From assembly GCA_037379345.1 (NCBI GenBank), contig CM074518.1, forward strand, positions 5,518,001-5,582,000: DNA of 64,000 bases. Direction: 5' to 3'. Of this stretch, positions 53,025 to 64,000 are shown piece by piece. Source of the DNA: Perna viridis. Lineage: Eukaryota. Below the pieces are notes generated by a model. It saw only the letters and a program-made list of their open reading frames with translations, was not told the DNA's origin and did not search any database. A program made the translations under genes and the position numbers. How positions within the stretch are numbered: position 1 is the first letter of the stretch; the number at the start of each line of letters is the position of its first letter.

Positions 53025-56000
53025 TCAGCTATTAGGTAATAATTAAGTTCTTTATTCTATAGGCATGTCCAATATTAGTCACAACTGCTTGGATTACTAC
53101 AAACATTTGATACAAATATGATATTGTATAAACCGTATTAATCTAACATAATTCCAGTGCCTTAGGAAAGTGTTATAAGCCTGTATGCAAGGCCCAAGGT
53201 GGACACATGGCTCATACATACTACATCTGTTGGTTTAATGTAGATTATATCAAAACTTCAAAACTAAGTGAAGGTACCTGGTTTACTGTCTACTAATACA
53301 AGTTAGTCAGTTAAATAATTTCAACTTATTGATTACGACACATCATAATTGATGGTGTGACACATTTCCATTGTTGTACTGTCACCATAAGAGAAGACCA
53401 GCTTCTCCACACAACAGTTTTTAAAACTTCAGAGGCTTTGCCACTTTCAAGGATTAAACATATTGATCACAACCCATCAAAAGAGATAACCTATGTCAGA
53501 CTACATACTTCCATCACCACAATTGAAGATAGTAATTTATCCTAAGGCAACAGATGTGAGAGGAAGAAAACATGGTGTAATATACCACTATTTACAAGAT
53601 GCAGCTATTTATCCCAAAAATGGATGACAATTGTTTGGACAATTGGTCAAATGATGGATGCCCTGTGTAGTAATGGACATCTCAAATCGTATGAGGTAAG
53701 GTTAACAAAAGGTCAAAGGTTACCTGGAGCATCTTAGTTATAATTTTTTAGAATATAATTATAACTAAATTACTTGCATTGTAAGTCTTTGCTTAAAACA
53801 AATACATCTATTTGTGAATTCCCTTAAAGACATGGGTTTCAATTTTCCTTCCATAGAAATTTTACCCTGTTTACCTTAGGTTTGCATTTGAAAGATCCTA
53901 GGAATGGCCTAGCTATGTGATAGGATTTTCCCCCTTTTTTGACCAAATCTCCCAAAGACAATGATTATACTTTCTCTTGTTAAACTTCAGTTACAACTCA
54001 ACAACGGTAGCATAAATAAATATATGTTCAATTAACAATGAATAAATAAGAACCGCCCCATAATTTAACTATCTTCATTTAGAAGTATAGTAACAATAAA
54101 ATACAGATAAGACTATAATGATTTTGTTTCATAACTGAAGTAGATGTAAACTGCTGGGTATCAATGTGAGACAAAAAAAATACATGTAGATAGTATGTAA
54201 ACAAGGAAAGTTCAGCTTAGGTTAAGGTCATGCCCACAATTTGTTGTCAAAAAAAATTTGCAGAAGGTAGTATTGTGTTGTAATCAAAGTTCAGCAGATG
54301 TGGTAGAGGTCAAAGTCATCCCTCAAGGTGTCTCTATTACTTACAGAGATTTTTTAGTAAGTGTAGGTAGATTTAATAATTCATCTTCTTTGTAACAAGA
54401 AGATAACCTCTGACCTATATCATGAAAGTTCACATATTCCCTCTAACAACATTCCATATCTTCTCAAGTTATGAATTACACAGGTTATCCCTTATAGATC
54501 TATGTATATTAATTCTATTATTTCTTTATTATTCATGGCAATCACTTCATCCATTCATGTTTTTTCACTGCCTGATAAACTTTCTAAAGAATATATGGAT
54601 TTAATATAACATTTATAGATTTCTGTACTATACAGGTGATCATACCTAACATTAATCAAGTCCCTCAGGTAAATACTACAAGACACATCAGCTGATTACA
54701 GAAATGTTTTGGCACAGACAGGAGAGAAATGTAACAAAATACTTGTTAATAAGCTTAACTTTAAGAGAAAGAGTGTTACAGGATCTATATGGGCACAGGC
54801 CTTATATCCAGATTGGACAGAATGGGTATGATAACAACTACAAGACATAAACAAATGGTTTTTTTTTTAAATAGGGACCTTTGGGATATCAACTACAGTT
54901 AATCACTTCAGGTACAAATGATATACATTATTTTCAGTAAAACTCTTTGAAGCCACCAAAGGAAACTTTAGTATTTCCTGTCTATACCACTGAAGCTCTG
55001 TCCAAGGTAAAAATTAAAGAATTTCTTAGTATTGCACTACACTGAATCTTGCCTATTTAGTACTTAATGAAAGAAGAACTCCTTATCACACCCACTGGAA
55101 TTGCAGTGACCATTTTTTCTTATGCTGGTAGTTTTTGTAGTATTTTCATTCTTTAATATGTTCTGAGCTAGCTTCCAGTAAGTCCAAGCATTCTTCAAGT
55201 GTATATCTCATTTTGTCTGTAAGGAATAACTTGAAGAAAATGAATCTACAGGAAGGCCAAGGTGACATTCCTTATCTCTTATGCCCTTTAATAAATAATG
55301 GATAAGATTCTAAAATTGGCTTTATGCATGTAATAAATGCAGCTGTTTGTTACAGGTACATCATTGTTTTCTGTCCAGTGCATGTACATGTATATCAAAT
55401 AACTTAATCGAGTTACCAAAATAGAAAGTTTCTAAACATTAACAGTTCAAGTCACATTATGACAATACAAGCATTTGAAATTAGTTACAGGCAAATATAT
55501 GAAAGGGCTTACAAGGCAAATCATTTTTCCAAAAAATTAATTATCATGCATGTTTTGGTAGATCAGTATTTCACTGACAGTTAAAACCTAAAGCACTTCA
55601 ATACACATACTGAACAAGTCTATTATCAAAATCCTGGCACTCAGGTAACAGTAATACTACTTCCTGGTCTCTTAATATATATATAAATATATATATATAG
55701 CTCACAAATACCCCTGCTTCAACGAGTTTCACAACAGTTATCTATTTAGGAAAAGGGCTATCTTTATCAAAAAGTAACGCCAAAAGCAGCTGGTTTAATG
55801 CAGGGTCAGCAGAAACAACAGCATGAAAATTAAAGAAGAAATGACTTCATGAGTAACTTATTCTTGAAAATGAACTTTCTGTGAAAATCTGAAACCTGGC
55901 AATTCATGTTTAATACAGAGCATTAAACTAAATGCAGAGATTCCTTAACAATCTTGGACATATAAATATAGTCTGACCTTGTCATGCAGATATTATTTGT

Positions 56001-57199
56001 CTGGTAAAGAGAAAAAATAAACATTGCATGTGAAGATACCACCACACGTTATTATTGGTAATCTAATTAATTAATCTCAGGTGAATACACCTGTAAACAA
56101 AGAATACCAAGCTATTTACCTTCCATAGTGAATGATAATATCTCCAGATCTAAACAGGGCAAGTCAGGATACCTAATCCTTCACAATGCACTCCAGCATG
56201 TCAAAATTATATTCAGAGAGTGTGAGTGACCCTTGACTTCCAATCTCGCCAAGCATTTAATAATAGATAATCTATTTTACTACCCAAAGCTAGCCAAATA
56301 CCCAACTGAATAAAGCATTTTACAGTTGTTGATAAGACCCCAAAACACCTTATTTAACTATTTATGCAGATATTACTATTTAAATGTCTACAACAGTTCT
56401 TCGTAGGTACAACCTGCTTTGATAATTTAACATAGGTAAGGTCAATATTTGTCTCTTTGGAGGACTTAAAACCTATAAAAATAGAATAAAATATGCTAAT
56501 GCAGAAAAGCAGAAAAATATTTTGATAGAAAGTAACAGGTTGTTCTGAATAGTTCATGCCTGTAAACAGGCAAGGAAGACAATTCAATATACACAACAAC
56601 AGTTTTATCATAATAAGAACTCTTATCAAATGATTCAAAGACAATGATCTCACACCTTTTTGATATAAAAAATATTTTTAAAACTAGCAATACATCACAA
56701 GATTACATCCACTAAACATTACAGAGGAAACACTAAAACATTCAAAAGACTACATTATCGGCACAAAGTTCAGCAGAGATTTCTGAACCTAATGCACATT
56801 TCTCTGAAGACTAACAAATACTGAATATTAGTGTAGAAAACCTCAGATATTACAACAGAAGTTTGGCATAACTTGATATGTGTAATAAAAGCCCCAGACA
56901 AGATTCAGACACCCTATTACATACAATTTTAACATTCAATAGAAAAACTCAGAGCAATTGTTACAGCATGTATCAGCACAAGAACGTGTGTGTAGGAGGA
57001 GACAGTACTCTGGTTATAACTAGTTCTTACAGAAATTCATGTAAAAAATAATTCTTGTTATCCTGTTCTTTCTACTTTTGATGTACTAGAACACAAACAT
57101 TACATACTAGTGTGTATCACTTAGATGGAAACATTCATGTATGACACTAGATCCTATGAATTCTAACCCATTATCAGCTCCTTATTTTTAATCAGTTTA

Positions 57200-57846
57200 A
57201 GTCACAACTCCAAAAATTAATCCAGGCCTTCCCTCAGTTGCACACAGCACCACGGAAAACTATTTCAGAAAGATATCAAGTATACAGACCAGTGATTAAA
57301 TTTAAGGGAAAATACAAAATGTACTTGCTAAATGCAAGTTGAAATTCAATTTTGCTAGATGTCATATAGGTGAAATCCAGAAGTAGCCTATAAATCTAGA
57401 AAGTGTAAATTTTCAGTACTTGCTAAATTTAGCTAGTGGAAAAAATTTTGAAATTCAGTCCCTGCAGATTTATACTAAAGTTACTGTCCAGACATCAGTA
57501 AAATGCTTGTTTCTAGCCCAAAACTGCATAACTGTTGTAGCTATAACCAAAAATATCAATTCTAGCCTTCCTTCGATGGTAATTAGAGCCCATACACTTT
57601 CACTTAAGTTAAATTTTCTAGAAATCTGGGGAGAATGTTTGCTTTTGGTCCATAATTATTAAAACACTTCCAGTCACAACCCCTAAAGGTAATCCAGGCC
57701 TCCATTTCATGGTGCAGCACCCTGAGGTACCATATCATATCATAGAGATCTATACAACTATCCAGACATCAAATGTCAAGATATGGATGACCATAATAAC
57801 AGTGCCATAGCATTTAATAACCACATTTTTTTGTGGTTATAAAAAA
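57200..57846 (+). mobile_element. probable Helentron-associated non-autonomous element
   Basis: Diverged internal repeats (ccaggcct/ctagcctt blocks) and a 3' hairpin ataaccac-attttttt-gtggttat followed by an A-run. Confidence 0.4.
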
Positions 57847-57954
57847 GAGGTGCTGTTACAAGGTTGAAGGACTTGACTCTACCATGACTTGGGGTGAACT
57901 TATTATTTCAGGCTCTCATACAAGCCATTCACGAGAAAGCTACGGACACCTTAC

Positions 57955-58015
57955 CTGATGTAACCGCTGTTGTTTCTATGACACTTTCAGTTTGTTCTTC
58001 AGGGGCTGTTTCCTT
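57955..58015 (-). CDS. LIM protein, 61-nt exon (long isoform)
   Basis: Boundaries ttgtttcag|AAG GAA ACA...TCA G|gtaagg. KETAPEEQTESVIETTAVTS, phase 0-1, bridges the acidic exon and the 68-nt exon. Confidence 0.75.
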
Positions 58016-58052
58016 CTGAAACAAGAAACAATTTCATTTATAGGATACTCAC

Positions 58053-58398
58053 TTTTTTTCACAGTTTTAGATTCCACTTTAGATTGTGTTGTCTTCGCTT
58101 TGTTTGAAGTTTGTGATTTTGTTTTTACAGATTCTGTCTTTTGAGCTATTTTAACTTTGTCAGTGGCTTCCACTTTTCCTTTATTAGTTGCACTTTTAAC
58201 TTTTTCTGTTGTTTCAACTTTTCCCACATTAGTAGTAGTTTTCTCTTTGATCACATTCACATCAACTTTAGCATCCTTAATGTCTTTTGGTTGACCTTTA
58301 CTACTTTGAACTTTTTCAGCTTTTTGTTCAGTGGAAGCTGATTGAAATTTGGAAGAGACTGACAATTTTCCTGGAGTCCTTGTTCTTAACGAAGACAT
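58053..58398 (-). CDS. LIM protein, candidate alternative first coding exon (Lys/Thr-rich)
   Basis: acaATG at 58398 with an in-frame TGA upstream. MSSLRTRTPGKLSVSSKF...KTVKK, then A|gtgagt, a phase-1 donor compatible with the 68-nt exon. Confidence 0.65.
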
Positions 58399-59339
58399 TG
58401 TTGGTATGTCCAATCACCAAATTTAAGAAGATAGAATGGATGAACAAGAAGATACAAATATTAAACGAAAGTAGTGAACAATCAGATGTGTTACTAATCA
58501 ACCAATACTGTCTAGTATTTTGGCAACATTTCCTGTCGACAACATTAGGGGTACAAATAGGACAAGCTACCCTGAACAGTGCATTTATAATATACATGAG
58601 GCATTTTGACATCATCTTTGTTGCTATAGAAGGTAAGTTTTATTGTGTTGCATTGTCTTAGTTTTCCTTTTACAACATGTCATTTATATACAATAGAACT
58701 AGAAAAAAGCCGTGGCAGAATATGGAAATTATTATCGTCATACATGTATTTGCATGATATCTTCTTTCAATAATAATTACATTAAATGTGATACAAATTC
58801 ATATGAAAGAAAATCTGCAATGTATAAATCTAATGTATCAATGAAACACAGGGTTTCATACATTTAGCCATTTTGATTTGTTCCTATTTCTCAATAATAT
58901 AATACCCATTGCATGTTAGATCGTCTGTTTACATATTTTAGTTTTAATTATACGTGTACATCAGATGCTTAAAATTTCAAAAAGAATATGAAAAATGTTT
59001 AAGATAAATAAAGCAACTTATTCCCTGTGTGTACCTCTAAAATTTTGTAATTGTAAGAAGAATTCTGGTTGCTAGGGTATCTTGATTTGACTCTCAATGT
59101 AAGAATGCATCACTCCACAGTGAAGCCTGAGATACATGATAATAATGGCAGCTCTCAACTGATAATAGTGAACATACACTGTTCATATCTAATAATTGAT
59201 TGACTGATTGATTAATTAATATGCATTTGTAATTAGTGATAAAGCAGGTTACCTAGTACCTTTGTAGTTTTATATATTCAAAGGGAGGTTACTCTAATTT
59301 CATTAAATATCATCAAGCCATATATACATGTAGATATAA

Positions 59340-59805
59340 GGTCACAGTATCATATTAATTTTCCCATAGACTTCTATAGTGACTTGCATATATATGGTAT
59401 GTTTTAAAACATATGTAAATTGATTCAATAAAACTTTCACTCATGTAGCATTTCTAAGGACATGGGAAAAATAATTTCCCGCAAAGAAAATAGGGCGAGT
59501 CCACAAAGATCAGACAGAAAAGTAGTCTTGAACTATAAATAGCCATTTTCCCTACTTTCATTTTCGTTTTGCACTCATCAAACCAACCTTTTCAGTGGAA
59601 CATTTTTATGTTATTATGTTAGATTTTCTTTTAAAAAAGTTCTTCATCTTACAGTGTGATGTTTGCTCTATTTTATAAGTCATTGTTCATATCTTTTAAC
59701 AAAACATTAGTTTGTAGAGAGGCAAAAAGAAAATGCACTATATTTTAATAGCATCCATGTTTTGACGTACACCCACTCAGGTATATGCAATACGATACTG
59801 GTACC
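59340..59805. mobile_element. ~466-bp MITE family, copy 2
   Basis: atataa|GGTCACAGTATCATATT...AATACGATACTGGTACC|atataa, near-identical to 28670-29135. Confidence 0.9.
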
Positions 59806-61107
59806 ATATAACATTCTTATAAAATGTCAACAGTATGATAAATTGGTAGACACAGATAAAATGTGAAAGATTGGAATATCTTAATGATAGCCAGTTATGG
59901 AAAACTAATGAAACTAGATGTATTTGAATATTTTAAGTCTCAAAAATCAACTTTCCCTCAGGTCAATAAAAATGGTTTAATACTGCATTTATTATCTAGT
60001 GAAGCACAAAAATGACTTCTATTTTGTTTCAATACAAAAACAAAAATATACTTTTTGAACATACATGTAAACTTGTATTTGTAACATACATTGTACATGT
60101 ATTTGTACCTAGATGTAATATGCATGTATTTATAAGTTAGCCTGTCCTAAGAATAAGTCCATGATGCTCCCCAAGATTGGAAGTCTGTTAATGATTGTTA
60201 AGTAATTATAAGTGGTATAAAATCTGTTACTGTACATAAAACCTGTACTCACTGATGGTGCTGTTATACACAGTGAAATAAAACTTGTAGACTTGTAGGT
60301 GACCTATTGATTGTAAATCAGTACACATAATCTAATCAATTCAACTACATGTACAGTCAACAGTGGTTGGGAAGCAAATTTTGAGAAGGAACAATTTTCA
60401 GGAGTTTTTCAAAGACATTCTTAATTTGAAGGGGTTATTAGTTAAGGAAACCATATAATTTTCTTTAAAGATGAAGAGGCCATTTTCAGCCAGACAGGGC
60501 AAATGGCCCATGGTCAGGTACATTGCAAGTGTACAATTTTGTTTAATTTCAACAAAATACTGCAAATACTATTTATAGCTGCCTGAGTTTATGTACATTT
60601 GTATAAAATCAATAAAAAAGTAGTTTTAGACAATTTTGAAGGTCATCTTGTAAGGTCATACTATATTATAAATTGGCCATACTTGTACAAGGAGTGTTGG
60701 CATAACAATCTCATTAAAACTAACCACTAGTTTATGTCTCAGGTAATGTTTTTTATACCATGAAACCCAGTGTCATTTCCCTTCTGCCTGAGATATATAT
60801 TATGTTTATATAATAATAGCATTTTTCTAGCAAAAACAAAACTTGAGTGCCAAAAAGAATGACAAACGCTTACAATTGTAAAATCACTTTTTCTGAGGAA
60901 AAAAAAAAAACAAAACAAACTTTTTTCTTGATTTTCATTCATACATTCTCATTTTTTTTATTACTTTTTTTTTCAACCTAAGATCAAATTTGGAAATATG
61001 TGAGTAAAACATGGTTGTGTGTGTGTGTTTTGTTTTTTTGAAGGAAGTACACATGAAAATTTGTGAAAGGCATACAAATTTTAAAGTAGTAAAGAAATGA
61101 CCATTAC

Positions 61108-62043
61108 CTGTTCCTCTGAAGAACTGCTACTGCTTCTACTCCTGAACTCCTCAGTAGGGATCAACTCTTGTTCGTTGATAACATTATCTTCAACTACCTC
61201 CTGTTCTGTTGTGACACTCTCTTCAACTACCTCCTGTTCTGTTGTGTCACTCTCTTTAATACTAACATCAACTCCTTCATCTCCGGTTTCCATAGTAACT
61301 TCTGGTTCTGTCTGTATTCCCCTAATAACTTCTTGGGTGATAACATCTGTTTCAATGGTTTGTTGCTCAACTTGGTCCTCTTGTGAAACATCAGGTTCTG
61401 TTTGGTCCACATTTTCAATAACTTCTTCAGTTATCTGTACAATTTGGTCCTGATCTCGACCAGAATCTACTATTATTTCAGAACTCTGATTGTCAAATGT
61501 AATCTCTGTTTGTTCTGGACTCACTTCTTGTTCACGATTTTGATTTTGTAAAATTTCTTGTGATTCTGCTTCATTTAATTTTTCCACTAACTCACTGTCT
61601 TCATCACTGATTCCATTCATACTTTCACGGCTTTCATCTTGACGAACTTCAAACTGTAATTCCTGACTACCCCCACTAGCCAATAAATTTTCTCCCTCAT
61701 TAGATGTTTCTGTTTCCATGGTAACACCAGAATCATCTGTAGTTCCAGTGCCTAATAAATCCACTTCATGACCGTTGCCATTGGTAACACCAACTTCAGT
61801 GTTTTGACTAAGACCTAATAGGTCATCGGTATGTCCATTAGTTTCAGTGGAATTTTCATTCAAATTGTAAAGAGGATTAACTGATGGTTCACTAGTGTCA
61901 TTTTCTAAATCATATAAAGGATTTGCAGACTTCGTGGATTTCTGTGTGACTTGAATTTCTTCAGTCATGATAAGATTATCTGAAGTTCCTTGATCCATTG
62001 ACAGCTCATACAATGGGTTCACACTATTACCATTAGCTGAGCT
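61108..62043 (-). CDS. LIM protein, acidic low-complexity exon
   Basis: Boundaries ttttcag|AGC TCA...GAA CAG|gtaatg. 312 codons, phase 0-0, Glu-rich, three NPLY motifs. Upstream exons not identified in the window. Confidence 0.8.
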
Positions 62044-64000
62044 CTGAAAATAGAAAAAAGATACACACTATTATACAATGACCTGTTACTGAGCTCTGTA
62101 AGAAAATCAAATACACAACACACTATCATACGACTGAAAGAAGTAACAAATGCTAGGACACACTATTGCATGATAATATCAATACCAACACAAAAACCCA
62201 TAACAATATGACAAAATTTTATTTCAGGAATAATACCATGCCGAATAAGGCTTTAATAACTGTTCTTTTTTTTCTTGTGCTGGAATTCTGAATGTTCAGC
62301 CTGTTTCAGACAACATCAGTAATATGCCATAGGCAGACTGCACCAAACTTAGCTTCATTACTCATATTCAACATGCATTTACCATTTTCAAAGGTCATCC
62401 ATCAACAACTGTAAATAACATGTAGGATGGCATGTCTTCTAACATGAACAATATTGACATTGTATAACTGGGTCATAATGAGCTACAAGTATATCATAAT
62501 AGCTAAATACCAAAGGCTGTCGAGCAAATGGGGTGAGAGAATCCCACTGAATAGGGTGATAGAAACCAACTGAATTGGGTGACAGCTTTCAACTTGGACT
62601 GTTCAAGATAGCTCCTTTAATGAGATAGGAAAATCCTACTGAATGGGATGACAACTTCCAGTTACAGTAGTTCAAGATAAACCCCTGAATGAGGAAACAA
62701 TCTATTAATTACAATTTACAAGTTCTAATTTGACTATTATTTATAGCATAAATAACTATGTTTTTACTGGTATTCATCATTTCCATCATAAATTGTGTGT
62801 TCACATAATTATGTGTGGTTACTTAAATAAACTGTTATCATGCATTCTCAAATACTTTTTTTAACAGAGCAAAAATAAAAAACAAGTTAGGGTGAAAATG
62901 GACCATTTTGCTTTCAGATTCTTGATAAATCCTACTATTTAAAAGATAGTTTAACAAAGATCCTTAGTGATGTTATAAACTTAGGTATAAACATGATTTG
63001 AATACAAGATAAATAGGACCAGAAAATCTTAATCAAAATACCAACTACTTTCTTTCACAGCCAGAATATCTAGAGCTGTGTTTAATTTAGAAATGCTTCA
63101 AGTCTAAGGAATAAAATCATAACCTACCAGTAGATCGTTCATTATATACCTTCCCTAACAATGAATGAAATTCCACAAATAATTTGTTGGATCACTTTAG
63201 TTTAAAAGTAATACAACACTTGATAGCTATATTAGTCATGTGTGTCTGAGGTAATAACCAGTATGTCTAGGATCGTACAGGTCTTAGAAATATTGTCTGT
63301 GTTGATATATATTGATGATCTAATAACAAGATTCTGAGTATATTATATCAGTTTTGACATTACATAATGTGAATAATGTTTAATGGTTGTCTCTGTATTA
63401 TGCAGGGTTCTTGAACAGCCCCTAACCAGTGATTACTTAATTGGTGAGACCTTTTCGTCTGGTCAAGGAATAAATTTGTTATTTTATAACGATTTTTACA
63501 CAAAATTCACACGTTTAAAAAATGGAACAAGGGTAATATATTGTTAAAATATGAAGAATATGAAAATTAGCATTAATTTCCAGGATAAGTTGATTGTTCA
63601 GACCAAATGTGTACATAAAAAAATCACTTTGTAACTTGTCAAATGTTTAGTTAATGCCAAACAATTGAATGTCTTTTGCAAATATCCAAATAAAATCAAA
63701 TCTTTAGTCAAAATTGTGATTTTTAGAGTCAAAACTGGCCACAGAATTATAAACAATACTGTCATCATTATTGTCACCATTGGCCTTCAGATTAAAACAT
63801 TTAATGGTATATAGACAAATACAGTCTATAAACGGCATACAAATTGACACATATACCAGTTATTAACCATAAAATATGTCAACCTTCAATCTGATAAATA
63901 TGATCTAAAGGTGTTAAGTATGATTAAGAATTATTATGACATAATAAATTTTATTGTGAATGGTATGATCACTAGCTAATGAAAGTGAGCTTCTCCCTGA

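Overview
AT-rich eukaryotic genomic DNA with spliced genes. The coiled-coil C1q genes and the repeat families suggest a bivalve mollusc, probably Mytilus-like (inference). The window has three parts. (1) 1-~12.8 kb: the last 8 coding exons of a Tuba/DNMBP-type RhoGEF (BAR domain plus two SH3 domains) on +. (2) ~33.5-64 kb: a convergent multi-exon gene on - with an acidic N-terminal exon, a 1.8-kb exon of degenerate repeats and a C-terminal EPLIN/LIMD2/XIRP2-type LIM domain. It has a candidate alternative Lys-rich first exon. (3) ~13-33.5 kb: a CpG-richer accessory-like block holding two nested, disabled C1q-domain genes, probable GPCR remnants, and fragments of Tx1/L1 LINE, Bel/Pao LTR, Penelope-like and MITE elements. 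The most notable observations are a 4x74-bp duplication across a DNMBP splice acceptor, the E1-E1-E2-E2 nested C1qDC layout, the charge-swapped alternative N-termini of the LIM gene, and CpG decay that tracks gene bodies. No prokaryotic systems, rRNA/tRNA or CRISPR arrays were seen. All homologies were recognised by eye, not by database search.
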